Shown piece by piece: positions 53,501 through 64,000 of a stretch of 64,000 nt of DNA. The DNA is from Enterobacteria phage ATK47. The translations under genes were made by a program, and so were the position numbers. The notes beneath the pieces are model-generated. The model saw only the letters and a list, made by a program, of their open reading frames with translations, was not told the DNA's origin and made no database searches. The stretch lies in sequence record NC_055708.1. One strand, given 5' to 3'. Positions within the stretch are counted from its first letter, which is position 1. Each line of letters begins with the position of its first letter.

Positions 53501-56500
53501 CTAATTTAACCTGTGGTGGATTCACGGGGTCTCTTGGATTTCCTACATTATCGATTAACCGTTGTTCAACCAAATCTCTAAATCTAGAGAATGTTGTTCC
53601 GGACGCATCAAATAATGGGCTCATCAGTTTACGACGTTCCGATGGAAGTTGACCTTGAAATATGGAGTTATTGTTTTCAGCGTTATAATCTTCAGGCAAT
53701 GGATAATCTTGACCAGCCATAGGGCCTATTTCATATATCGCTTTACCTGTAATAGGGTCAAACTCAACATTTCCTTGTGGGTCTAATTTAGCCACTCGGT
53801 CTGCATATTTAGTCGGTAATCCAGAATCCCACTTATAGTTTTTGTATTTATTAATAATGGTTTCAACATGTTTAAGTGTTAATCCGGTGTTAATAAACAT
53901 TGTGAGAAGGGTAATTGCGATAAATCCAAATCCAACCGGATGAACAAAACGTAATACGTCTGATTTCCAACGAGATGATGGAAGTTTAGATTTAATCTTC
54001 ATTACGTAGTATGCTCTACCACGATTTATGTAATCGATGTTGTTCTGAGAAAGCTCTTTACCTTTAATACCACGAACAATTTCACCTTCAAAACCCGGGA
54101 GTCTTTCAGCTTTAACTTCCTGTCCTTGGATTAAACGACCTAAGAGGTTGTGAATTGTTACAGTCCATTGTAATTTACCTTTAGAGTAACTTCTCTCGAT
54201 ATACGTCACATTACAACGTCCTGTAGCGGTGTATATGGTTTGTCCGACCAAATCTTCTGTCAACGAATCAGATTCAATGATGATATCATATTCGGTCCCG
54301 GAACTAGATTCAATTTCAATTTCAACATCTTCGTTATAAAGCACTTTAAACAAGAATTTATATGACGCTTCAGTTCCTTTAGTTGAATAGAAGTCATAAC
54401 TTCTTGATTCAAAGAAACGAGACACTAAATCGCGTTTTTCGGCGTTTAAGTAAATGTTTCGTTTATAAATCTCAGACCATAAATATTCCCACGCATGTTC
54501 TTCTCGCGGATATTGATTTTTAATAAGATTCAAAAGGTTGTTATAATGGGTCCCATAGCCATCAGAAAGATACTGAATATAAGCCTCGCAGAATGCTTCG
54601 AAGTTTGTATTATCTAAAAGATAAGACTCCGGCATCATTGTAGTGAGCAATGGTCGTAAATCTGGGTCCGCAATGCCGTTCTCTTCTACAGGAGTCCATG
54701 TGGTATCTTTTTCTTGGTTTTGTAACGATGCTGTTAAGAATATATTAGTAGGCTTCCAAATTATAGAAACATTATCTCTAACACGATAACTAAAATCATA
54801 ATAAGAAATAATCTCACCTGATGATTTATAGAAAATCATGCCGGATGCATATTTTTTAAATCCGGTGAAATCTACATTAGGCATCACTATTGTACAGTCA
54901 CCGTCCTTCCAATATTCATGAACTTCACGGTCTGAAGAACTAAGTGGATGATTCTCAATAACCTTAGTGTAAAGTAAATCAGAATAAATTACAACGGCCT
55001 TGTCCGAGTTATTAATCCAACAACGAGTACCAGACTTTCTAGAATAACTAAAGAATGGCTCAGCGTAGTATTCCATTGGTTGGGGAGTGAACGATTCCCA
55101 TTGAGAGTCTTCAGTTGAAATAAATGCCATCATATGATAATGTTTATCAGCCAGCCATTCACGAGGATACTCATATTTAACAGCACCGATTAAACCGTAC
55201 TTGACTTGTGTTTTTGGGTCATCAACAATATCCGATTCTAGAAATTTAAAATTACTAGATGAAATAGATAACTCAACACCATCAGTAGACATACTGGTGT
55301 ACCCTGGTTCAATACGACGGCGTTCTTCTTCAGTATTACCAAACACACGTTTAAATGTGCCAGCATCATGGTCTAGAACGTAAACACCCTTATCAGCAGA
55401 ATCAACAATAGGAGTGGTCCTCGGGTCGTCATTAAGATTAACAACTTCACCGATAATTAGTGCAAATATTTTGCCACCGACAGAATCCATTTTATAGCAA
55501 ACTGCCTTAGGGTTACCTGTGATGTTAAATGTTTCTTGTTCAAACAAACGTTCGGAATATGTCGGAGATAACGGGTCTGAATCAATAGGGGCATTACTAG
55601 TTTTAATAAAACGAACTTTATCTCGAGCAGCAACGTATACATAATCGTCGTTGCAAACGATAGCTTCTGCAATACGTGATACGTTAGCAGGTAATGATGC
55701 GTAGTTACCAAATATTTCTACATCAAATCCTAAATTTAACTGGTCACCAATTTTAGCAAATGTTATATCTTGAGAACTAAATCTCACATCATCAGCAGAC
55801 CAACGAACGTCAGTTGATTTACGGCCGTAAAATAATTTATCATACCCAAGAACATACGTGGTATAACCTGTCTGGTAATACACTGTTCTTGATACAGGGT
55901 ACCCTACACGGTCATTAAACAATTTAACCGATTTCCAGGTTTGTCCCTTATCATTAGAGACTTTAACCACAGGCTGATACCGTTCAAACAAATAAAGAAT
56001 TCCTTCAGATTCCATCAAATAAACACGGTTTATATCATGACACACTTGTTGAATCGAACCTTGAATTTCATGATACTCATTTTCACCAATAATGAAATTT
56101 TTAATAGATGAAATATCCGCATAAGCAGGGCTAAATTGGAATGATTCATTCATTAGAGCTGCCATTATAGTGTCGTTATTAAAATCGACATAAGCCATGT
56201 TGTTATTTGTAAATTTTTCTCTAATAAAAGTGTTAGCCAATTGCATTTCAATCATATGTTGAAATGTATACGCGTTAGTCTGAAATGATTCAAATATTTC
56301 GGTATATACCCAATCGGATCTCTCGAAGCCTTCGGCGGCAGTTGATACACGAATAATATAAGAAGTTAATGGGTCTAAGCTACTTTCGAACCAGTTGCTA
56401 TTAGGAGTATATCCTAAATTTATCCATCTGTAGCTGGCAGGGGGAATTATTTCCCCGTCTGCCGTTTTAGTCTCAGCGATTTCTACGAAATAGTAGAAAT

Positions 56501-56591
56501 TAGCACCAACGTCATCCCAGCGTATTTGAACTTGGTTAGCGGACAACTTGGATATTCTGAGACTTGTGACTGCTGGCGCTTTTACTGTCAT
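53493..56591 (-). CDS. 7: Baseplate wedge protein gp7
   Basis: 1032 aa, the same as T4 gp7. Confidence 0.85.
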   Translation of the reverse strand: MTVKAPAVTSLRISKLSANQVQIRWDDVGANFYYFVEIAETKTADGEIIPPASYRWINLGYTPNSNWFESSLDPLTSYIIRVSTAAEGFERSDWVYTEIFESFQTNAYTFQHMIEMQLANTFIREKFTNNNMAYVDFNNDTIMAALMNESFQFSPAYADISSIKNFIIGENEYHEIQGSIQQVCHDINRVYLMESEGILYLFERYQPVVKVSNDKGQTWKSVKLFNDRVGYPVSRTVYYQTGYTTYVLGYDKLFYGRKSTDVRWSADDVRFSSQDITFAKIGDQLNLGFDVEIFGNYASLPANVSRIAEAIVCNDDYVYVAARDKVRFIKTSNAPIDSDPLSPTYSERLFEQETFNITGNPKAVCYKMDSVGGKIFALIIGEVVNLNDDPRTTPIVDSADKGVYVLDHDAGTFKRVFGNTEEERRRIEPGYTSMSTDGVELSISSSNFKFLESDIVDDPKTQVKYGLIGAVKYEYPREWLADKHYHMMAFISTEDSQWESFTPQPMEYYAEPFFSYSRKSGTRCWINNSDKAVVIYSDLLYTKVIENHPLSSSDREVHEYWKDGDCTIVMPNVDFTGFKKYASGMIFYKSSGEIISYYDFSYRVRDNVSIIWKPTNIFLTASLQNQEKDTTWTPVEENGIADPDLRPLLTTMMPESYLLDNTNFEAFCEAYIQYLSDGYGTHYNNLLNLIKNQYPREEHAWEYLWSEIYKRNIYLNAEKRDLVSRFFESRSYDFYSTKGTEASYKFLFKVLYNEDVEIEIESSSGTEYDIIIESDSLTEDLVGQTIYTATGRCNVTYIERSYSKGKLQWTVTIHNLLGRLIQGQEVKAERLPGFEGEIVRGIKGKELSQNNIDYINRGRAYYVMKIKSKLPSSRWKSDVLRFVHPVGFGFIAITLLTMFINTGLTLKHVETIINKYKNYKWDSGLPTKYADRVAKLDPQGNVEFDPITGKAIYEIGPMAGQDYPLPEDYNAENNNSIFQGQLPSERRKLMSPLFDASGTTFSRFRDLVEQRLIDNVGNPRDPVNPPQVKLDE

Positions 56592-58561
56592 TGTGAAATA
56601 GGCTCCAAATCTATAGTTAAGTACTGAGGACGTAAGTCATTTTCGAATACGATTAACGAACCATCCTTTGTAAAAATAATATCATCTGCAGGGTCGGAAT
56701 AAAGTTCAATTGTTTGAACTTCAAAACGGTCTGAAGTGAGGTCAATTTTAGCAATGTTCCAATAAATCGAATCGGCAGGATAATTCACTTCACCAATTGA
56801 ATAGTATTTGTTTCGTCCGTCAGTAACAGTAAGTTTATTAAAATCATTACCTGTATAAGGTTGTATATTTTCGTTTTCAACAACATCACCGTCTGCAAAT
56901 GGACCAATAATAACTTGACCTATGCCACGGTCATTACGGTCAGAAGATACTATGCGAACACCGTATTTAATAGTTTCGTTTGCATTTTCTGGATTAGGTC
57001 TGTGCGAATCAAACGAGAATATATTAGATTCCATCGATCTATCTTTAATCTGATTATTGTATTTAATACCGGCCTCAGGCGTTTTATAGAAGTTTTGTAC
57101 TTCGCGAACCATTTGAATAGTAGCTGAAGAACCAATAATAGAAATATCTGCATCATCGACATAAGTTAGCATTTTAGATTTTGCAAACGATGAGTTAAAA
57201 ATTTCTACATCTTCAATATAATATCGGTCAATTTTATTAATAATTTGCCCTTCAAGATATTGTTCTGATTCTTGGAGTTTATTCAACGCGTATGTAACTT
57301 TGATATTCATTTTGATAAACAAATAATCAGGCGAAATAACAACAGGTGTAATAGTCCCTAAGTTATAATCATTCAAATAGTTTTTGATATCATCACGTTG
57401 GACAGAAGTCAAATACAATCCAGATTTAGGCTTAGCAGCAATATAGGCGTACCCTGGTTTAGATGAATCTGTAAATGTTTGAACCGCTTGAATAATAGAA
57501 CCAAACCGCTCAGAAACGAATGTGTCATAGTCGGAAGCGGTTACACAACGTTGTTGAGTTTCGCGTTTAATTGTGCCTAATTCGCGGATACGTTCAATAT
57601 CTTCAGGGTCACCACCGCCATCGGCCCCGACAAAGTCTGGGTTATTGCTAGGGTTCTCGTTAATATCGATTACCGTGATATTAGCTAATGTATCAGCATA
57701 AGAAAATCCTACAGCACCGTTAGCATCTGCGCCATTAGTAGAAATATACTCAATTACGATTTTAGAACCCTGAACAGGTTTAAGGCCACCAATATAGTTG
57801 GATGTTAACGCGCCTTCTGATGTGTTAATAGAGATTTCGCCTTCACCAAAATAAAATTCGGTGTTCCCATCAACTGTTTCACGCATATAATAGATTGTTG
57901 ACGTAGAACCAGCGTGAACCATCGACTTACGAGTCCAGTTAATCCATTCTGCTCCATCAACGTACAACTTAACCAAATTACGGTCAATGTTCTTATCACG
58001 AATAATGATAGGTTTTAATTTATCAAATGTTAATTCAGTGCGAACAATACGACCCTGAGCTAATCGAAGACGTGGGAAATATTGATTATTTTTGTCTTTA
58101 ACTACAATGACATCTTCAGTAGAAACAAAGTTATACGGGTTAACAGAAGTATCTTTAGCATATGCTAAGAAACGAGTGCCACGTGGAATGGTGATATAGT
58201 TTCTATTTAATGCATCTGTACATGTGAGCATAATTTCTGTTTGTGCTGCTGATTTAGATGAAGGCAGATATCCGTTATCTTGAGCCGCTTGTACAACAGA
58301 GCTACGCAAGTTTGCAGTGCGCATAAAACTTTCATACACTGCGCTATTACTAAACTGTTGGATGTAAAGAGTGTTATATGCTAAAAGGTCGCACAATACG
58401 TTTAAGCGTGAACCTTCAAAATCATAATCAAGAAATTCATTCTGTCCATGGAGCCATTCGATAATGTTTTGTTTGATTTCGGCAAATGTGCCCCCGATAA
58501 AAATCTCGGGAATAGCATTCGCTGTTCGGGTTAATTGATAATTTACAGGAGTGTTTGCCAT
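56588..58561 (-). CDS. 6: Baseplate wedge protein gp6
   Basis: 657 aa from the internal ATG at 58561 (MANTPVNYQLTRTANAIPEIF... matches T4 gp6 as I recall it); the ORF-track 5' extension is rejected. Confidence 0.85.
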   Translation of the reverse strand: MANTPVNYQLTRTANAIPEIFIGGTFAEIKQNIIEWLHGQNEFLDYDFEGSRLNVLCDLLAYNTLYIQQFSNSAVYESFMRTANLRSSVVQAAQDNGYLPSSKSAAQTEIMLTCTDALNRNYITIPRGTRFLAYAKDTSVNPYNFVSTEDVIVVKDKNNQYFPRLRLAQGRIVRTELTFDKLKPIIIRDKNIDRNLVKLYVDGAEWINWTRKSMVHAGSTSTIYYMRETVDGNTEFYFGEGEISINTSEGALTSNYIGGLKPVQGSKIVIEYISTNGADANGAVGFSYADTLANITVIDINENPSNNPDFVGADGGGDPEDIERIRELGTIKRETQQRCVTASDYDTFVSERFGSIIQAVQTFTDSSKPGYAYIAAKPKSGLYLTSVQRDDIKNYLNDYNLGTITPVVISPDYLFIKMNIKVTYALNKLQESEQYLEGQIINKIDRYYIEDVEIFNSSFAKSKMLTYVDDADISIIGSSATIQMVREVQNFYKTPEAGIKYNNQIKDRSMESNIFSFDSHRPNPENANETIKYGVRIVSSDRNDRGIGQVIIGPFADGDVVENENIQPYTGNDFNKLTVTDGRNKYYSIGEVNYPADSIYWNIAKIDLTSDRFEVQTIELYSDPADDIIFTKDGSLIVFENDLRPQYLTIDLEPISQ

Positions 58562-58569
58562 TTTAATTC

Positions 58570-58863
58570 CTATTTTATAAAGACTTTTGACGAGGCCTGA
58601 GAAACAGTATCCCCGCATGAAATTGGGTCAGCCATTTGAACGGCCTTTTTACCGGTGACGTATACTTTAGATGTACGAGGTTCAGTAACACCTCCATGAG
58701 TCTCGTATGGTTTTTTAATTTCTGTATGAGGTGTTATTTGGTCTCCTGCTACAAGAACAGGAATACCACCGGTGAATACTTTAGATTGAGAAGCGTTAAT
58801 TACCGTAGGAGGCCATGCTTCATGACCTGTTGTAACGCACTGGTCGTAACTTAAGCCAGACAT
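58570..58863 (-). CDS. 5.4: PAAR-repeat tail spike tip protein gp5.4
   Basis: 97 aa from the ATG at 58863; [30 protein letters not shown]... matches T4 gp5.4 as I recall it. Confidence 0.85.
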   Translation of the reverse strand: MSGLSYDQCVTTGHEAWPPTVINASQSKVFTGGIPVLVAGDQITPHTEIKKPYETHGGVTEPRTSKVYVTGKKAVQMADPISCGDTVSQASSKVFIK

Positions 58864-58865
58864 TT

Positions 58866-59381
58866 TTATGGCCTCATATAAACATAGTTTCGTAATTGTT
58901 GTGCCCATTTGCTCCAATTTCCTACTATAGTTTTTGTATAAACCTTAGTAAGAGTTTTTTGTACTGGAGTTGGTGGAGGTTCTGTACCAGAGTCACTTCT
59001 AGAACCGCCTGATGAACTTTCTTCTTGGTAGTTATAAATCATTTCAACCGTATAACTAAACACTTTACGAAGATTCTGAGGAGCTCTCCACAAATATAAC
59101 TGTGTGGATTCATCTTTCGGTAAATCATCCCATGAAGATGCAGTTTTAAAATCATCATTTAATCGATATTTCAATGCATCCGAAGAAAAGCTAAACACAC
59201 TTTCATATGTCCCATATAAACGATTACCATCTACCGTAATGCCTTGTGTTGGTTCATAATCTATTATATTTATTGACACTAAAGTTTCGGACGTTTCTAA
59301 CTGTGGAGTAAAAAGGACGTCAATAGACGCCCCTTCCATGTCTTCTCCTAAGTCGGTATTTAAAGGAAGTATTTGTGCCAT
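58866..59381 (-). CDS. Hypothetical protein, 171 aa (5.1 position)
   Basis: ORF between genes 5 and 5.4, as in T4. Confidence 0.5.
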   Translation of the reverse strand: MAQILPLNTDLGEDMEGASIDVLFTPQLETSETLVSINIIDYEPTQGITVDGNRLYGTYESVFSFSSDALKYRLNDDFKTASSWDDLPKDESTQLYLWRAPQNLRKVFSYTVEMIYNYQEESSSGGSRSDSGTEPPPTPVQKTLTKVYTKTIVGNWSKWAQQLRNYVYMRP

Positions 59382-59384
59382 ATA

Positions 59385-61118
59385 TTACCCAATATCAATA
59401 CGAGATCCGTCAACAGTGTATTGTCCTGAAGCTATTGAGCTCATTGTAGACATTGTTTCTGCCCAATCCCCGGCAACAGTCATATCAACATTACCATTAA
59501 CAGTCCATTTAACGTTTCCGTTGACGGTGTAATCATGATTCCCTTCGACCTGAGTTTTAGCATCACCTTTAACAAGAATATCTGCATTTCCGTCAACAAC
59601 TATTTTGATATTACCCTTAACGTAAAGAGTTCCATCACCTTCAACAGTTTTAGTTTGGTTACCACGAATAAAGATTGTGTCATTGCCGTCTATTTGATGG
59701 AGGCGGTCTGCCATGTTATAATATATTTCATTAGCACCAACGTTAACAAGCTTATCGCCAGAAATCAAGAAGTTCCCATCACCATTAGTGATGTCAAAAA
59801 GGTCTTCTACAGTTTTACGAGTACGACGCCCAGACGGAGAAACTTCCTCATATGACCCTGTTGGATGAACTAAGCGATAACGTTCATTACCTGGAGTATC
59901 GTCAAACTCTTGGATATGACCACTTTCTGTTTCCATAGCATGAACGTATGGATACTCACCACGATAACTTGATTCCGGTTCTTTAAAAAGGATACGTGAA
60001 TCTAATGGAACAGGAGGACCAGCAGGGTCTTCTGGATCGGTATTTCTAGTAACTAAATCGGCACCAACTCCTGGTGAAGGCGGCGTTTTAACAGGAACAC
60101 CATATGATTCCATGTTACCGGTTAAAATAATTGTTGTTACACGTGAAGCGCGTCCTTTAGTCTGTTGGAACCATAATGAATCGCGTCCAGATTTGTATGC
60201 AGTTTTCCAATCGCCTGTGGCCATTGCTTTAAGCATAGTATTGAATTTTGCTACACCACCAACGCCCATTTGGAAGCACATGTTTTCTAATGCCATTTGA
60301 CGAGACCTGTTCATTTTAGCATAAACAGGACCTACTTTAGAATTAGAACGAATGTCTTTCTGCATCTTAGCAAGGTCTTTCTCAAATAACGCTGTTGCTT
60401 CTTCTAATGTAATAGTTCCCGGATTTCCTGTTACTTCACGCCCTACTTGATCAGATAACAATTTATTAATTCGAGACATATCTCGGGTTTTTTCCATTAC
60501 GATAAGGTGTCCAATACCTACTGTAGGATACCCGAGATGGTCCCAATACACTTTATCACGAAGTCCTTCGTCACGACGTAACATTTCTGTTATTGTAAAA
60601 TTAGGGTCATCATCTTCCGGAATATTTGCTAAATCTGTATCATCTGGGTTTATACCGTAATCCAAGTTGTTATCTTGAATTACGTTAGAGTTTGAATAAT
60701 AACCAGCTTCACCGCCTTGGTTTAATACGTTCGTATCATTACCTAAACGCCGTGGATACTGGCCTGTCGGGTCTGAAAAACCTTCAAGTCTATTAGGCTT
60801 TTCACGTACAATCCCGCCGTATGTACCAAGTACAATCCCGTTTGTTTTCCATTTGTCTAAGAAATGACCATATACTCGAGTTCCTTCAACAGGACCTGTA
60901 ACAGAACCACCAATACCTGACATTGATGCAGACGTAATAGGTTGAATAACAGTCATCCATGGAAGTTTTTCTGTAGGAATACCTTGTACATCACCTTGTG
61001 CTCTCTGTGCCGGATGAAGTCCAACTACTCGCACTCGAACTCGCCCTTGTTTTAATGGGTCCATTCTGTCCTCGACAACACCCACGAACCAATTAAGGCT
61101 ACTGCTAATCATTTCCAT
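59385..61118 (-). CDS. 5: Baseplate hub / cell-puncturing protein gp5 with lysozyme domain
   Basis: 577 aa (T4 gp5 is 575); T4-lysozyme-like segment (DEGLRDKVYWDHLGYPTVGIGHL) and C-terminal VxGxxxxx beta-helix repeats. Confidence 0.9.
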   Translation of the reverse strand: MEMISSSLNWFVGVVEDRMDPLKQGRVRVRVVGLHPAQRAQGDVQGIPTEKLPWMTVIQPITSASMSGIGGSVTGPVEGTRVYGHFLDKWKTNGIVLGTYGGIVREKPNRLEGFSDPTGQYPRRLGNDTNVLNQGGEAGYYSNSNVIQDNNLDYGINPDDTDLANIPEDDDPNFTITEMLRRDEGLRDKVYWDHLGYPTVGIGHLIVMEKTRDMSRINKLLSDQVGREVTGNPGTITLEEATALFEKDLAKMQKDIRSNSKVGPVYAKMNRSRQMALENMCFQMGVGGVAKFNTMLKAMATGDWKTAYKSGRDSLWFQQTKGRASRVTTIILTGNMESYGVPVKTPPSPGVGADLVTRNTDPEDPAGPPVPLDSRILFKEPESSYRGEYPYVHAMETESGHIQEFDDTPGNERYRLVHPTGSYEEVSPSGRRTRKTVEDLFDITNGDGNFLISGDKLVNVGANEIYYNMADRLHQIDGNDTIFIRGNQTKTVEGDGTLYVKGNIKIVVDGNADILVKGDAKTQVEGNHDYTVNGNVKWTVNGNVDMTVAGDWAETMSTMSSIASGQYTVDGSRIDIG

Positions 61119-61693
61119 TATGCAATCTCCATCTCACGAATCAAATCAGTAATAAACGAGTTTATATCTTCTTTTGCAACAATTTTTATTTTACGAAGTT
61201 TTTCATTATCTAATACTGCAGCTTCATAAATATCTACTGCAGCTAAAGGTCCTTTATATTGTGGATACTTACGAGCTTCATCACCTTTATCGTACCACAC
61301 TAAAGGCTCGTCTGGATATGAAACTAAATTGTAAAATTTCTCACGGTTCTCGTTAATATGATAAAGAATTTGGTCGCCGCCAGCATTAGCATATTTCTGA
61401 ATAGAAGCTTGATACGCTGCTTCCTGAGATGTAATCCAACCATAATACGGGTCGTAGTTATCGTTGCACATCAAAAGAACCCAGTATAATTGCGGGTTGC
61501 CATAAATGATATTCGCTAGTTCTTCAGGACGCGGAGAGCCTTTAATGTAATAAGAACGTAATCTATAATTGGCAGCAACACGCTTAAAGTACTCTTTATA
61601 GTTACGAAATATGTCTGTCATAGGAATAGTAGGTGCATTCTTATCAACTGTTTTAGCACTATATCCTATTGGGTCGAAGAATGTAAATAACAA
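61118..61693 (-). CDS. 53: Baseplate wedge protein gp53
   Basis: 191 aa (T4 gp53 is 196); synteny. Confidence 0.8.
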   Translation of the reverse strand: MLFTFFDPIGYSAKTVDKNAPTIPMTDIFRNYKEYFKRVAANYRLRSYYIKGSPRPEELANIIYGNPQLYWVLLMCNDNYDPYYGWITSQEAAYQASIQKYANAGGDQILYHINENREKFYNLVSYPDEPLVWYDKGDEARKYPQYKGPLAAVDIYEAAVLDNEKLRKIKIVAKEDINSFITDLIREMEIA

Positions 61694-61720
61694 GATAGTC
61701 TCCTTCCAATATGAAATTGG

Positions 61721-61743
61721 TATAAATAATAATACTATTTATA
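61721..61743. promoter_or_regulatory. Divergent late promoters: TATAAATA (plus, gene 4) and its reverse complement (minus, gene 53)
   Basis: TATAAATA at 61721-61728 and TATTTATA at 61736-61743, followed by the AAGGAGGA Shine-Dalgarno of gene 4. Confidence 0.7.
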
Positions 61744-61754
61744 AGGAGGACAAC

Positions 61755-62204
61755 ATGGCCTACTCTGGTAAATGGGTCCCAAAAAATTTAAAAAAATACC
61801 GTGGAGACCATACCAAAATAACGTATCGTTCAAACTGGGAAAAATTCTTTTTCGAATGGTTGGATAAAAATCCAGAAATTATTGCATGGGGTAGTGAAAC
61901 AGCAGTAATTCCATATTTTTGTAATGCTGAAGGTAAGAAACGTCGATACTATATGGACATATGGATGAAAGATGCATCAGGTCAAGAGTTCTTTGTAGAA
62001 ATAAAACCAAAGAAAGAAACTCAACCACCTATTAAACCGGTGAATCTTACAACTGCGGCTAAGAAACGTTATATGAATGAAATCTACACGTGGTCTGTGA
62101 ACTGTGACAAATGGAAAGCTGCTTCTGCTGTTGCAGAAAAGAGAAATATAAAATTTCGAGTTCTTACCGAAGACGGACTTAGGAAACTCGGATACAAGGG
62201 GTAA
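61755..62204 (+). CDS. 4: Head completion protein gp4
   Basis: 150 aa from the ATG at 61755; [11 protein letters not shown] ... matches T4 gp4 as I recall it; the ORF-track 5' extension is rejected. Confidence 0.85.
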   Translation: MAYSGKWVPKNLKKYRGDHTKITYRSNWEKFFFEWLDKNPEIIAWGSETAVIPYFCNAEGKKRRYYMDIWMKDASGQEFFVEIKPKKETQPPIKPVNLTTAAKKRYMNEIYTWSVNCDKWKAASAVAEKRNIKFRVLTEDGLRKLGYKG

Positions 62205-62206
62205 TT

Positions 62207-63028
62207 ATGAGCATATTCCAAGTTATATCTGAAGGCGTACAAGCCCCCAAGATTGCTCAGTCTATGAATGAAAGAAAATGGATTGAGATAGGATTAGAAT
62301 ACAAGAAAGCTAAAGAGAAAGGAATCACTGCAAAAGCATTTGCAGAATCAAAAGGAATAAAATACTCGTCGTTTACATCTGCAATGTCTAGATATGCATC
62401 ATCTATTAAGACTGCACAGAAAATTGAAACGCTTGAATCTAAACCTAAAAATAAACTCAATAAGCAAGAACGTCAACTTCTGATGATAAACTCGTTTCGC
62501 AGTTCAATACGAGAAAAGATTAGAAATGAAGGCGCAGCAGTAAACAACAAATCATCTAAGTGGTTTGTTGAAACAATTAAGAAAAGTGTAAAAGGTCATA
62601 AAGTAGTCAAGCCTACGCCAGGCAAAATTTATACTTACGTGTATGATGCTAAACATAAAGATACTCTGCCGTATTGGGACAGATATCCTTTGATTATTTA
62701 TTTAGGATTAGGTAAACATAATTTGATGTACGGGTTAAACTTGCACTATATCCCACCTAAAGCACGTCAACAGTTTCTTGAAGAATTGCTGAAGCAATAC
62801 GCTAGCACAACTACTATTACTAATAACACAAAGTTGAAGATAGACTGGAGCAAGGTGAAAGGATTTCAAGGTGCTGACAAAATGATTAAAGCATACCTGC
62901 CAGGCCACATTAGAGGAACAATAACAGAAATAGCTCCTAAAGACTGGGCTAACATAATCATGTTACCTACTCAGCAGTTTATGTCAAAAGGAAAACGTTT
63001 CTCTGCGAATACTGTTTGGAAATCTTAA
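62207..63028 (+). CDS. 2: DNA end protector protein gp2
   Basis: 273 aa (T4 gp2 is 274); synteny. Confidence 0.75.
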   Translation: MSIFQVISEGVQAPKIAQSMNERKWIEIGLEYKKAKEKGITAKAFAESKGIKYSSFTSAMSRYASSIKTAQKIETLESKPKNKLNKQERQLLMINSFRSSIREKIRNEGAAVNNKSSKWFVETIKKSVKGHKVVKPTPGKIYTYVYDAKHKDTLPYWDRYPLIIYLGLGKHNLMYGLNLHYIPPKARQQFLEELLKQYASTTTITNNTKLKIDWSKVKGFQGADKMIKAYLPGHIRGTITEIAPKDWANIIMLPTQQFMSKGKRFSANTVWKS

Positions 63029-63130
63029 TTCTATTCTCTTCCGTTCTTCTGATATTCTGTTGAACCGGATTAATGGAAGAGACCTAAAACCATTATACTG
63101 CATTTTTATTAAAGCGTTTTTGAGGTGCTT

Positions 63131-63715
63131 ATGACTCGTCCAACGAGACAGATTTTTAACCAAACAAATATAACAAACTTTGTTGTGGATATCCCAGATA
63201 GTACACGAACTTCAGGTTTTGTGCTCAATGCCCAAACGGCTCCATTGCCAGGTGTGAGAATTCCTGTTGTTGAAACTGTGACAGGCACGATGGGGTTAGG
63301 ACGTGCAATGCGTGCAGGCACCACATTTGAATATGACCCTTTTGTTGTACGATTTATAGTTGATGAAGACATGACGTCCTGGATGAACATGTATAAATGG
63401 ATGCTCAGCACTAATAACTATATAACCGGATATAATACTGCCCACTCCGATGGTCCTGAGTTTGTTACTTTGCACATTTTAAACAACAATAAGACAGAAG
63501 TAGTTTTGACGGCAAATTTCTATAAACCATGGATTTCTGATTTGAGTGAAATTGAATTTAGTTACACCGAAGACTCTGACCCTGCCGTTACGTGCGTAGC
63601 AACTATTCACTATGCGTATATGACGATAGAAAAGGATGGTGAAGTCATTGTATCTCAACAACCACGTCAAGCAGTCGAATCTAAATCCATTTCTAGACAC
63701 CCTTCCTTGCGTTAA
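63131..63715 (+). CDS. 3: Tail completion / sheath stabiliser gp3 (assigned by position)
   Basis: 194 aa from the ATG at 63131 after a GAGGTG Shine-Dalgarno; lies between genes 2 and 1 as in T4; longer than T4 gp3 as I recall it. Confidence 0.55.
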   Translation: MTRPTRQIFNQTNITNFVVDIPDSTRTSGFVLNAQTAPLPGVRIPVVETVTGTMGLGRAMRAGTTFEYDPFVVRFIVDEDMTSWMNMYKWMLSTNNYITGYNTAHSDGPEFVTLHILNNNKTEVVLTANFYKPWISDLSEIEFSYTEDSDPAVTCVATIHYAYMTIEKDGEVIVSQQPRQAVESKSISRHPSLR

Positions 63716-63768
63716 TCGCTTCTAGCTCCGTATGTTATAATCACTCATAAATTATATGAGGAAAACCT

Positions 63769-64000
63769 ATGGAGCTAATCTTTTTAAGTGGCATCAAACG
63801 TAGTGGTAAAGACACTACTGCTGATTACATCAATTCAAACTTTAAATCCGTAAAATACCAATTAGCATATCCAATTAAAGACGCTCTAGCAATAGCCTGG
63901 GGACGTAGGCATGCTGAAAATCCTGATGTATTCACAGAGTTGAAATACGAATACTTTGAAGGCATTGGATACGACCGTGAAACACCATTAAATCTCAATA
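63769..64000 (+). CDS. 1: Deoxynucleoside monophosphate kinase gp1, N-terminal part (3' end lies outside the window)
   Basis: MELIFLSGIKRSGKDTTADYI ... matches the T4 gp1 N-terminus and P-loop as I recall it; open to the window edge. Confidence 0.85.
   Translation, partial: MELIFLSGIKRSGKDTTADYINSNFKSVKYQLAYPIKDALAIAWGRRHAENPDVFTELKYEYFEGIGYDRETPLNLN

Noticed and set aside
56588-58618. ORF-track N-terminal extensions of gp6 (and likewise gp25, uvsY, gp4, gp5.4, the 31.x ORF and the alt.-1 ORF)
   Set aside because: Internal ATG codons preceded by Shine-Dalgarno sequences give products whose N-termini and lengths match the T4 proteins as I recall them. The extensions run through upstream stops, promoters or neighbouring genes.

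Overview
This window is a 64-kb segment of a T4-like (T-even type) myovirus genome, collinear with the T4 map but in reverse orientation. It runs from the 3' part of nrdB to the start of gene 1. Plus-strand early/middle genes (denA, rnlA, alc, pseT, cd, 31, rIII, the 30.x cluster, DNA ligase 30, alt) are followed by the baseplate-hub operon (51-27-28-29-48-54, minus strand) with divergent 26-25-uvsY, then uvsW (minus), inh-like, hoc and rnlB (plus), and finally the long minus-strand late morphogenesis block 24-23-22-21-68-67-20-19-18-17-16-15-14-13-wac-12-11-10-9-8-7-6-5.4-5.1-5-53, with 4-2-3-1 on the plus strand. Gene calls rest on protein motifs, sizes and synteny that I recognise; no database search was run. 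The ORF-track starts were trimmed where an internal ATG with a Shine-Dalgarno sequence fits better. Regulatory signals are dense and T4-typical: early promoters (GTTTAC, 17-18 bp, TAnnAT), MotA-box middle promoters, TATAAATA late promoters and GC-rich tetraloop hairpins. No tRNA, rRNA or CRISPR was seen. The content I would not expect from the T4 backbone is: a bacterial-type DAHP synthase gene in the cd.x cluster; an early-promoter-driven cassette (88-aa ORF plus GIY-YIG homing endonuclease) between late genes 24 and 23; a NADAR/YbiA-like ORF; a promoter-led two-ORF module before pseT; a membrane protein/lipoprotein pair after alc; and an unlisted 59-aa basic ORF after rIII. I found no clear multi-gene defence system; the DAHP synthase and the small-ORF modules are the best leads.
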